Assembly (NCBI RefSeq): GCF_001194135.2
Contig: NC_068984.1
Coordinates: 48,393,606 to 48,445,902, forward strand
DNA: 52,297 bases
Source of the DNA: Octopus bimaculoides
Taxonomy: Eukaryota
Direction: 5' to 3'
In this document: positions 26,288 through 37,619 of the stretch, piece by piece
Layout of the letters: every line of letters begins with the position of its first letter
How positions within the stretch are numbered: the first letter of the stretch is position 1
Notes under the pieces: model-generated
Database searches by the model: none
Told to the model about the DNA's origin: nothing
The model's input: the letters and a program-made list of their open reading frames with translations, nothing else
Translations under genes and position numbers: made by a program

Positions 26288-26750
26288 GGCATTCTTTCGA
26301 TACTAATTCTCTGGGTGTCAACGACACACGTGGCTTTGTTTACATCAATTCGGCAATTTCTGTAAGAGGGAAAGGACGTTAGTCAGCGACAGCTCTGATC
26401 TGTTAGGTAACAGACAGCAGGGACCCCTAACACTAACCCTAACGCTTTCTCTCTCTATCTCTTTCACACTCTCTTAAAAACACATGTCACTTATCTCTCG
26501 CTTTCTCTCTATCTATCTATCTATCTCTTTCACACTCCCTGGGAGAGAAAACTGGCATGTGTTCTTAAGAGAGGGGGAAGGGAGGGGGAAGGGAGGGTTA
26601 GGGCTAGGGTTAGGGTTAGGGGTCCCTGCTGTCTGCTACCTAACAAATCAGAGCTGTCGCTGACTAACGTCCTTTCCCTCTTACGGAAATTGCCGAATTG
26701 ATGTAAACAAACGCTGAAGCAAAAAAGAGGATTGGTATCGAAAGATCGCC
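26288..26750. mobile_element. Fold-back/MITE-like element with telomeric repeats in its arms
   Basis: 26335-26443 is the reverse complement of ~26603-26711 (5 mismatches in 109 nt). Outer arms 26288-26312/26726-26750 and inner arms 26468-26486/26555-26573 also pair. CCCTAA tracts on the left, TTAGGG tracts on the right. Confidence 0.75.
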
Positions 26751-27290
26751 ATTGTACCTGATAAAGCCAGATAAATTCTTCAAGAATCACTTCTGAGGCT
26801 TTCCCGTGTATGGCAGGATGTATGACAAGGAGCCGAATGCTGCTGTCATACTTATGGTCTTCCAGAGGCAAATCTCTCCGGCTAGGACTGACCACAGTCC
26901 CCAACAGCTTCACATGCCTGTCTGAATTGAGACTAAGTCCCTTTTCAGAGAAGTGGGATGGCATGATATCACCTTCACGGGAGACATACTCACAAACCAT
27001 TATAATTTGATTTTCATGATATCCATGTTGCCTCTTATAGATTTGACAGTGTTCACAGAGCATTTTGACAGCAGTCATGATGTCGACATTTTTATATCCG
27101 GCGCGAATCATTATGATGCAGTTAACTATTTTCTAATATTCAAATGGCTTTCAGTTCTCCATGTCAGCTAACTTTTTCTCAACTGCAAATTTAATATTCA
27201 TTATCTTAACCAATACATCTGTTAGCCATTAGTCAAAGAGTTGCTATAAAAAAAAAGATAATAATTCATCAAATTTAGCCTGATAACCTG
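26751..27290 (-). mobile_element. Internally deleted maT (DD37D-type) Tc1/mariner transposon
   Basis: MIRAGYKNVDIMTAVKCSVNTVK (HTH) joined to IMV..VSREGDIMPSHFSEKGLSLNSD..KLLGTVV and GRP*V*QQHSAPCHT. TIR-like TA|CAGGTTATCAGGCTAAATTTG at 27292-27270. Confidence 0.8.
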
Positions 27291-28348
27291 TATGTAGTTA
27301 TTCGGCTGTCCAGTCAGGTTTCCATTTTTAAAATTTTATGCTGCAGTAAGAAACAAGCAAATGCATTCAGAATTTATTGATGGAATAAAATTGTCTTCGA
27401 AAAGATACACCGTATATGCTTATCTACCAACCTATATATCTATCTCTGACTAGACTATATTTGACTGTATTTGCAGATTTAAAGACTAAATGCAGGGATC
27501 TGCTTGTTAGGAGAACAATATAAACGAGAAGTGTGTTATCACACAAAACACGTTGTGTCTAACAAATATCTACAATATCCCGAAATTCTTGTATAAACTG
27601 TGAGAATATGTTTGAATTTTCAAGCAATAATTAATTCATCTATATTATGAAGCAAGCAGAGATTAATCGATTGTATGGCACGATCTTTGTATACATTATC
27701 ATAGCATTAAAAAAAAACGGAATTCGTAACAAAGAGTAGACGAAACGTAAGTATATCAATAACATCTTATCGATCTGAATAATGCAAAAGTCAGCCCGGA
27801 AAATATGACTTCATACAGCAAGATTAAAGATGTTTGAGAAATGAGACGTAATAAGTAAACTTGAAGTTACGCAAAGAAACAGTCTGAAACGGAAACGTAT
27901 ATATTAACTATTTCAAGTGCACGTACAATGTCTTTGTGCGTAAATCTATGCATGAATATTTGTTAGTTTATATTTAGCCTTCTTTACGCAATTAAAACTC
28001 ATGATTGACAAAAATGAATAAGTTTAAATTGATACCACATATCACGTTATTTAAACCATTTGAGAATATTTGTTTGACAATTAATTCTTCTTTATTGCGC
28101 CTGCAGACGAATAAAAATCACATGCGAATTCAAACAAAAGAACATAATGCACATTAGCTGATCGGTTGAATTTCACAAACGTGGGCGAGATATGATATCT
28201 GAAATTTAACGCATGTTGTACAGAAATACATTACAATACGCTCTTGTAAAGTAAATTACAGAGTACAAACTCGCACATAGATTTATTGATATGTGTTTGC
28301 AGAAAGCTAATGGTATATGTATATACATATGCACACACACATTTGTAG

Positions 28349-28427
<79 letters not shown>

Positions 28428-28910
28428 NNNNNNNNNNNNNNNNNNNNNNNNNNNNNNNNNNNNNNNNNNNNNNNNNNNNNNNNNNNNNNNNNNNNNNNNN
28501 NNNNNNNNNNNNNNNNNNNNNNNNNNNNNNNNNNNNNNNNNNNNNNNNNNNNNNNNNNNNNNNNNNNNNNNNNNNNNNNNNNNNNNNNNNNNNNNNNNNN
28601 NNNNNNNNNNNNNNNNNNNNNNNNNNNNNNNNNNNNNNNNNNNNNNNNNNNNNNNNNNNNNNNNNNNNNNNNNNNNNNNNNNNNNNNNNNNNNNNNNNNN
28701 NNNNNNNNNNNNNNNNNNNNNNNNNNNNNNNNNNNNNNNNNNNNNNNNNNNNNNNNNNNNNNNNNNNNNNNNNNNNNNNNNNNNNNNNNNNNNNNNNNNN
28801 NNNNNNNNNNNNNNNNNNNNTGTGTGTGTAATATATACGTGTGTGTCTACACATGTGGAAGTACAAGCGCAATGTATATACATATATACATGCATACATA
28901 CATACATACA

Positions 28911-28944
<34 letters not shown>

Positions 28945-30702
28945 CATGCAAACACGTTTAAGACAAAAAAAGAATAAAGAGTTATACATTTTTAATTCAT
29001 AATTTGTAGGCCATAGTTCTCTTACGCTCGTTTCAGATGTTCTATTGTTACGTGATAATACGATGCAGTAATTCTGTATAGCATTCGAATGATATTTAAT
29101 CGACTAGAGTATTAGGTAGATCTAGAAAATGAAGACCAGCAAGTTTTCTCCAGTTCCATGCTGTTAGAGACAGATGATGTTAATGATTTGTTTAAACATT
29201 TAGAGAGCATATTTAAACGAAGACATAAGTGACAGAAGATTTCAAAAGTCTTTTTTATCTCGGCAGGAAGGGCTAAGTATTGTGATGAGTACAGATAAAC
29301 AGTGACGATGAATGCACCAAGATTGCTGAAATGTAGAGAGACCAGTGGATCAGAGGTGGTAAAGTGAAGGATCTATAGACTAGCCAGTTCAGACGAGCCT
29401 CAGCCATTATAAGAAAAATGACAGGTATATTATATGAATATTTGTGTTCAATTTTATATCAAGCTCATTTATTTTGCATTTTGTTTAGGAGGAAAAGAAA
29501 GCTTTTGACACTTCACAGGACATCTCTGACTAGCTAAGAAGAAGGATTTAGTGTCCTCAGATCCAACATCTCGTTCGTACCTTAATGACAATTTACAAGG
29601 AGCTGATTACAGAACAACAGAGCGTTAAGTCTACCATCTATGCAGGCCATGGGATGTTTTCAAATGAAGATGCAAAGAGTGTTAACAAACACTGCTTGGC
29701 GTCCGGTTGAAAGTTATGACTTTCAGTCAAACAGTATCCTGGATTCGTACTCAGTCTTTAAAAAGCTTCGAACGTGGAAGAAATGCAAAACTTGACTTCA
29801 GTTATATTTGAGCTCATATAGCTTAAAGTGAGAACAAACATCATGATGAATTTTAACTGGTGCTCTAACAACGCTGTTAATTCAACGTCAGTTAGGTGTG
29901 TAAGTGTGTTGGACTGTTTTCTTTATGTAAGAGGAAATAAGTGCTACACACACACATACACACATATACATGTACACATATATGTAACATAGAGTTAGAT
30001 AAATATGCATATGCATATATACAATAACACAAAAGCAAACATACACACACACACACATATATACATTTATATATATATATATATATATNNNNNNNNNNNN
30101 NNNNNNNNNNNNNNNNNNNNNNNNNNNNNNNNNNNNNNNNNNNNNNNNNNNNNNNNNNNNNNNNNNNNNNNNNNNNNNNNNNNNNNNNNNNNNNNNNNNN
30201 NNNNNNNNNNNNNNNNNNNNNNNNNNNNNNNNNNNNNNNNNNNNNNNNNNNNNNNNNNNNNNNNNNNNNNNNNNNNNNNNNNNNNNNNNNNNNNNNNNNN
30301 NNNNNNNNNNNNNNNNNNNNNNNNNNNNNNNNNNNNNNNNNNNNNNNNNNNNNNNNNNNNNNNNNNNNNNNNNNNNNNNNNNNNNNNNATGTGTTTATCG
30401 ATATATCTATAGCTATGTATATGCATGTATATATCTATATCTATCTATCTGCTAATATGTGTGTGTGTGTGCTTGTGTGTGCATGTGTATGTATGTAGAT
30501 GTAGAGAAGAACATTTAATTCCAGTAATCGGATCCTAAAAAGCCTCCAAGATTAATTGAAATAATCCGTAGTATAACAAAACACTGAGGTGAAAGATAAC
30601 GAATAATTATATGATTCTACGTCTTATTTCTTTGTGATGTAATCATTTGTCCATATTCCTATTACTTCGGAGGTAAAAAATCGATATTGTAAGAGCAGGA
30701 TA

Positions 30703-30705
<3 letters not shown>

Positions 30706-30771
<66 letters not shown>

Positions 30772-30790
30772 TTCAGCAGCAGCAACATCA
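30706..30790. repeat. (AGT)n followed by (AGC)n microsatellite
   Basis: Visible directly; source of the poly-Leu ORF. Confidence 0.95.
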
Positions 30791-30879
30791 GCAGCAGTGT
30801 GATATTAATGACATTGCAATCCTCAAGAACAAGAATATAAAAATCAAAACGTAAGAGTGTGACCAACTACAACAGAGTG

Positions 30880-31110
30880 AGAAGTGATTCGGAAAAAAAA
30901 TATGAAACTTAAAGGAAGCAAATGGTAATTCCTGTTGTAGTTGGAGCATTCTGAGTGTTTGCTACTGTCTTGAAATCCCTGTTATATATCTTACAACTTG
31001 AAAGTAGTCTGAAGCTACCGCAGAAACTGAATTTTTTTGAACAGCAAGGACCAGAAGAGGAGTTGGGTGTTGTTTGCTGTCAACTGGAAATTATTCCCGT
31101 TCAATAATCT
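30880..31110 (+). mobile_element. Short decayed R4/Dong LINE 3' end
   Basis: MVIPVVVGAF*V...KLPQK...TART matches the IPVIVGALG...LQKTALLGTARI C-terminus of RLE-type LINEs. Confidence 0.6.
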
Positions 31111-34100
31111 CACACCAAGTTAACTCAGTTATAATAATTATCAATTATTTTAAAAATACTCTAATGAATAAAAGGTGAGCTCAGAATTATAAATTACTGT
31201 AATGATATATGTGCATTAGGTCAAATCTAAATTTAATGGTGTTAAAAACGTTATGTCGGAAAATTTTACTCTTGGTAAAAGGTCTTTATCAAGATAGTTG
31301 GGCTACGTGCAGTATTCCAGAACCGGGTATTGACTTCTTACTGCTTTGCCAAAAATTAAGTGGTAAACGGAAGTCAATTTTTGCAATGGCATCTTATTTA
31401 AGAAGCGAGCCAAGGCAGCAAGAGATTCTGCAAACGAAGCTGAACTTATGGAACGTTATGTGTATATTTCAACTCAATACAAAACAACAAACAGACTATG
31501 TACTATATATAAGGAATGAAAAGTATACCTCTAGTAAAGAAATTGAAGAAATATAAACAAAAGATGAACTCAGAATTACAAAAGCTTACATATTAAAAGC
31601 AGATGAACGATAGTAACTGTCGAGACTATAAAGAAAATGGAAACATTCGAGTGAACACATGTATATCAAACTCCCATCTAAAACAGGGCCAAGGTGTTGT
31701 ACACTTAATCCATTACCTCCCATAATTCTAGTAACTGGAATTCTTTTATGAAACTTTGATTTCTAGCATAAAACAACCTTAGAAACACGCTGGAATGATC
31801 AAAATAACATTTCAAAATAACATTTTAAATAGAAATAAGCGAGATTTTGGGTGAAAAATTAGCAAACCTCATTTGAATATCAGAGAAATATACCTAGTAG
31901 ATATAGCAAAAAAGTTAGATATGTGTAAATATTGACGTATAATTACGAAATTTGTAATTTTTAAGTGAGCTCATATGAGATCACTGGTAGTAGATAGGGA
32001 GGCAGACCATATAGAAATAATTAAAATAAGGTTATGAGAGGCGGTTGGGAATTAGCTATTCAAACCTAGGAACAACTCAGTATAGATTGAATATAAAGAT
32101 GAAAAGTAGAACTGGTAATACAGTACAGTACAGTACAACATAGTCCCTAGTAAGATCTCAAAGCAGAATATAAGTATATGGCTCGACAATGATAAAGGTA
32201 GATATTAAATTAAATTAAAAACTGGGGATAGGATAGAACACGGGGGATTTTAAGTAAAAAGAGAAGAGTTTATAAATCATAGTATGAAATTCATAGAATA
32301 TAATAGTTATAGAAGATAATGTTAATGTTAAAATATAATTGAATATATCACTTATGGGGCTTGAAAAAATTCCTAGGAGCAATTATTTCCAGAGAGAATT
32401 CTCTTAGTTCAATGATAATATCTAGTATAAATGTAAAATGAACCAATGGTAATGGTAGCTTCCCAGTGGCAACAAAGATAATCTACTTATCTTGAATAAT
32501 CAATAATCAATAATAAATAAATAAAATAAAATAATGTAGTAAGCATTGACAGGAGAGCGGTAAAAATAGAAAAGATTAAAGAGTTACCTCCCCTGTATAT
32601 CTAGAGGTAAACAAACCTCATGGTGAACGAAAATGGTATAGTTTAATAATTTTTAATAATTTGATCTGTTCGATCTATTAATTGTGTTTTTTGGTCATTT
32701 GTTCTAATGAAAACCATTCCTGATGACGTGCGAGACGTTTAATATTCAACGTATGGATGGTTGGATATAGTCAAGCACAGAAATGTTGACATTGGATGTT
32801 AAATAATGGAAAAAATCTACGGTGTTGAATTTCTCTCTTTTTAAATGTATAAATTTGAAACCTTGGAAATATAAACAATGAGAACGATCCTTAAGGAATA
32901 TATCAATGATCCCTTGGGGGTGAAGTCTTATACTATATTGGTAACGATTACAAAGCTTACTTTGAAAAAGTACATAANNNNNNNNNNNNNNNNNNNNNNN
33001 NNNNNNNNNNNNNNNNNNNNNNNNNNNNNNNNNNNNNNNNNNNNNNNNNNNNNNNNNNNNNNNNNNNNNNNNNNNNNNNNNNNNNNNNNNNNNNNNNNNN
33101 NNNNNNNNNNNNNNNNNNNNNNNNNNNNNNNNNNNNNNNNNNNNNNNNNTATATATATATATATATTAGATATAGATATATAGAAGTGTAGAGAGACAGA
33201 TAGATATACATATATATACATACATATATACATGTGTATCTGTGTATTTGTGTGTGTGTGTGTGTGTGTATGTACAATTGCATGTGTATGTTCTGTCCAA
33301 TACGGTATCAATATAAACCTAATATCTAACCAAAACCTGTTTTACAAGCCCAGTAACTATGCTTGCTTCTTTCCAATTAATTATGTAAGAAGATATGTTC
33401 TGGTTTGTAATTGATAATTCAGTCAAATGTTGCTTTCTATGGGTTTCTTGCTACATAATGACCAAAGCAATCGTACTTGCAAAATCATTTTACACTTATA
33501 TATTATCTTCCAAATGTCTGAGATATCAAATTTTAGACATGGTTTCATATTTGTACCTATAATTGCCCGTGTATCAACATATACATTTTGATGATTAAAC
33601 TATTTCAATCTTTCCTTCAATGTCTTGGATGCACATTCAGGAACACAGTTTCATACGTTTAGTAAAGAGGCATTTCAGTTGGGAAAAGTGAGGACAGTTT
33701 GATTATATATTTCAAACTGTTAAAACAAATTTTCTCTTTTTTTCTGCGTCATCAGCAAATGATACAATATTAAAGATATGAGTACCAAATACATAATTGT
33801 ACTAAATCTATAGAATGCTTCAAGCATATCTGAAAAACTCGTATGCCGTACTACAAAAGATAACGTATGGAAAAGGCAACAGGGGCGAAGTATGATTTCT
33901 ATCAAAGGCCAGACTATTTCTTCTAATCTCCGCAAGGATTGTTGCGGATGCTAGTTCTTAGGAATGAATGTGACGAGTAATGCCTTACGAGGCACTATAA
34001 TACCAAGGTAAAATAATATTCCTAGTTTCCACGTAAACAAAATATGATGTTTTTGCTGCACTAGTATTCGTACCAACATTTTAGATATTCGATTCGATGC

Positions 34101-35119
34101 AATATATCTTGGTTGTTGATGATAAAAACCTTAAAGGAGACATTTCCGTATTGCCAGTAGCTTAGAAATCTCCGACTTAAAATTAAAACAAGGCAACATA
34201 GCGTTATCATCAACACAAATATTCTTTCATTGGTACACCATATCTCTGCAGAAATATCTACAAATAATGAATATCAAGACTTCTGTGATATCATATCTTC
34301 CTACATAGAGCGATCATGAGTTACTAAATAGCTATTCTAAAGGACGTCCATGTAATTGCTGTGTGTGTGTGTGTGTGTGTGTGAGTGCACGCGCGCACGT
34401 GTGTCTGTGTGTATGTCTGTGTATGTCTGTGCATATGTGTGTGTGTAACAGAAAAATGAAGGATTAAATTCGTGACAACTGTTTCGGTAGAAATGTATTT
34501 AATGTAGTCATAACAGATTACAGCATATTACAGAAGGCTCCTACATCATCACGTGTTATTTAAACTTAGTGAACCATAATATAGCCTATTAATTTCAGCT
34601 AGTGGGCTTTTAAAGCAGAGATATGAATGTAGAAGAAGCAAGTGGGCGTGCTCAAGAGCTGTCAATCAAAAAAGGCACAGATTAAGGAAGAGAAGAAAAA
34701 TGTTGAGAAGACAAAACGGCGTCAAGGGGTAAATTAATCATTCGTTATAATATGGGACAGATATTTTGATCAGTTCAAGGGAGACATGCACATTCTATTA
34801 CAAATAAAAAATACATCTAAACTGCCATTCACATGCACATTATGCCATACTCACATGTATGCAACAGATTCACTCATGCACACATACACACAGAAGAATA
34901 AACTTATAAATATAAACGCAGTCTCACATGTTTACGTATGCATTCCAGCGGACACATATTGACTTACAGCTACATACTTACACAACTATATACAATCATG
35001 CCCGCATATATAAACATATACATACACACATACAAATGTATATTACGAAGGACGAAATTATACACTAATGCAATAAATGTTAAATATAGAGCCAAATCCT
35101 TTATATAAATATCTTTTAC

Positions 35120-35324
35120 ATAATTCAGCCATTAGACCGTAGCCATGCTGGAGCAATGAATAATTTTTCTTCAAATGTATTGCTCCCGGTACCTATTTTT
35201 ATATACCTTCGCACATATTCTATTGGTCTATTTAGCCGAACCGATAAGTTACAGGGACGTAAACACACCAGCACCAGTTTTCAAGAAGTGGTGGCGTGAT
35301 TCAAACGAAGAAACAAAGACAAAT

Positions 35325-35330
<6 letters not shown>
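35120..35330 (-). mobile_element. SINE family B
   Basis: CCATGCTGGAGCA...GCCGAACCGATAAGTTACAGGGACGTAAACACACCAGCACC. Confidence 0.8.
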
Positions 35331-35388
<58 letters not shown>

Positions 35389-36149
35389 NNNNNNNNNNNN
35401 NNNNNNNNNNNNNNNNNNNNNNNNNNNNNNNNNNNNNNNNNNNNNNNNNNNNNNNNNNNNNNNNNNNNNNNNNNNNNNNNNNNNNNNNNNNNNNNNNNNN
35501 NNNNNNNNNNNNNNNNNNNNNNNNNNNNNNNNNNNNNNNNNNNNNNNNNNNNNNNNNNNNNNNNNNNNNNNNNNNNNNNNNNNNNNNNNNNNNNNNNNNN
35601 NNNNNNNNNNNNNNNNNNNNNNNNNNNNNNNNNNNNNNNNNNNNNNNNNNNNNNNNNNNNNNNNNNNNNNNNNNNNNNNNNNNNNNNNNNNNNNNNNNNN
35701 NNNNNNNNNNNNNNNNNNNNNNNNNNNNNNNNNNNNNNNNNNNNNNNNNNNNNNNNNNNNNNNNNNNNNNNNNNNNNNNNNNNNNNNNNNNNNNNNNNNN
35801 NNNNNNNNNNNNNNNNNNNNNNNNNNNNNNNNNNNNNNNNNNNNNNNNNNNNNNNNNNNNNNNNNNNNNNNNNNNNNNNNNNNNNNNNNNNNNNNNNNNN
35901 NNNNNNNNNNNNNNNNNNNNNNNNNNNNNNNNNNNNNNNNNNNNNNNNNNNNNNNNNNNNNNNNNNNNNNNNNNNNNNNNNNNNNNNNNNNNNNNNNNNN
36001 NNNNNNNNNNNNNNNNNNNNNNNNNNNNNNNNNNNNNNNNNNNNNNNNNNNNNNNNNNNNNNNNNNNNNNNNNCGAAGGACGAAATTATACACTAATGCA
36101 ATAAATGTTAAATATAGAGCCAAATCCTTTATATAAATATCTTTTACAT

Positions 36150-36281
36150 AATTCAGCCATTAGACCGTAGCCATGCTGGAGCACCGCCTTTAGTCGAGCA
36201 AATCGACCCCAGGACTTATTCGTTGTAAGCCTAGTACTTACGCTATCGATCTCATTTGCCGAACCGCTAAGTTACGGGGAA
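36150..36281 (-). mobile_element. SINE family B, truncated against Tc1
   Basis: CCATGCTGGAGCACCGCC...GCCGAACCGCTAAGTTACGGGGA. Confidence 0.85.
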
Positions 36282-36282
36282 A

Positions 36283-37050
36283 TATTGCGTTACCCTCCGG
36301 ACAACAGTTCTGCAGCCATAGGATGAATTTGAACAGATAAAATGCTTAAATTGTCTTGACTATTAATTCTGCCATGAAGGGAAACCATTAGTCCGGCGGA
36401 TTTCCAAGATATAGCCCCTCGCCCAGATCATCACAGATTCTCCTTCATGTTTAACAGTTGGAAGGAGGAAGTCTGGGTCAAATGTTTCTTTTGGCTATCT
36501 CCACACGTATACTCGCCCGGTGGTCGGAAAAAAGGTAAAGGATTACTCATCGGAGAAAATAACATTCTTCTACTACTCTAGGGACCAATCCTGTAGGTTT
36601 TTGCTCCACTCTAAACGCTTTGCAACGTTTGTTTTTGAAATTAGTGGTTTTCTGATTGCAGCTCTCACGTGCAATCTGGTTGTGTGCAGCTACCGGCTAG
36701 AGGTTTTGTGGAAACTGGGTTCTCGAGGTAGTCATTAACCTCCGCAGTAATGTTGGGTGTAATTTTGTACTTTTGTGATCATTTCTAACAATTCGCGTAA
36801 GAGTCCGACTGTCCGTATCTGAAAGTTTTGGTTTTCTTCTGGGGTTTTGTTTCAATGAGGAGTGTTTCCCTCTTTCTCACATGCTGTCATTACTTTCGAG
36901 ACAATACTTCTTGATACACCAAACATTTCTGGGGTTTCCGTTACGCTAGCGCCTTCCCTACGAGCACCAACAATTTTACCTCTTTGATAGTCCGATAGAT
37001 CTGTCATTCTAATGAATTTTAATTACCTTTCTCCGATGATATCTGAAAAG
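36283..37050 (-). mobile_element. Second Tc1 copy, same family as 12530-13720
   Basis: Collinear with 12897-13640 (e.g. ATAGGATGAATTTGA, GATTTCCAAGATATAGCCC, AACAATTCGCGTAAGAGTCCGAC, GTTACGCTAGCGCCT). Confidence 0.88.
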
Positions 37051-37279
37051 AAACAGCAATTTTAGCATAACATATTAAGCAGCATTAATAATAAATCAAA
37101 ACCGTAAAAATAAACAAGCTTTTGACAGTTTTATAGATATTTCAAAATTATGACTATGATNNNNNNNNNNNNNNNNNNNNNNNNNNNNNNNNNNNNNNNN
37201 NNNNNNNNNNNNNNNNNNNNNNNNNNNNNNNNNNNNNNNNNNNNNNNNNNNNNNNNNNNNNNNNNNNNNNNNNNNAATA

Positions 37280-37347
<68 letters not shown>

Positions 37348-37393
37348 AGAGTATAAAAATCAAATATGTGTCTGTGTTCAATTTCAACGTCAG

Positions 37394-37619
37394 CCAGACA
37401 AGGTCTGCAAGACAGAAATTTCCAGGAAGAGAATTCCAGAGCGAGGTTGCTCTGGGGAGGAAGGACTGGGCTCAGGGTTCGTGCTAGGCTTAGCGGTAAT
37501 ATCAGCTCCAAAGAAACAATAGAACGCTGGAGTAGCAATAGAAAAGGCAAAACAGAGACTGAGATAAAGAAGAGAAAGAAGAAAAAGAGAAGAAAAATTC
37601 TGTCTATTGCAGAATATTG
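37394..37619 (+). other. Candidate exon with an open frame, unknown product
   Basis: Acceptor TTTCAACGTCAG and strong donor TTG|GTGAGT; the ORF stop lies inside the donor; locally GC-richer. Confidence 0.25.

Noticed and set aside
26421-26622. Telomere or chromosome-fusion site
   Set aside because: Only 3-5 degenerate units, and the orientation is opposite to an end-to-end fusion.
31560-32600. Purine-skewed stretch suggestive of a very old retroelement
   Set aside because: No motif could be reconstructed in any frame I examined.
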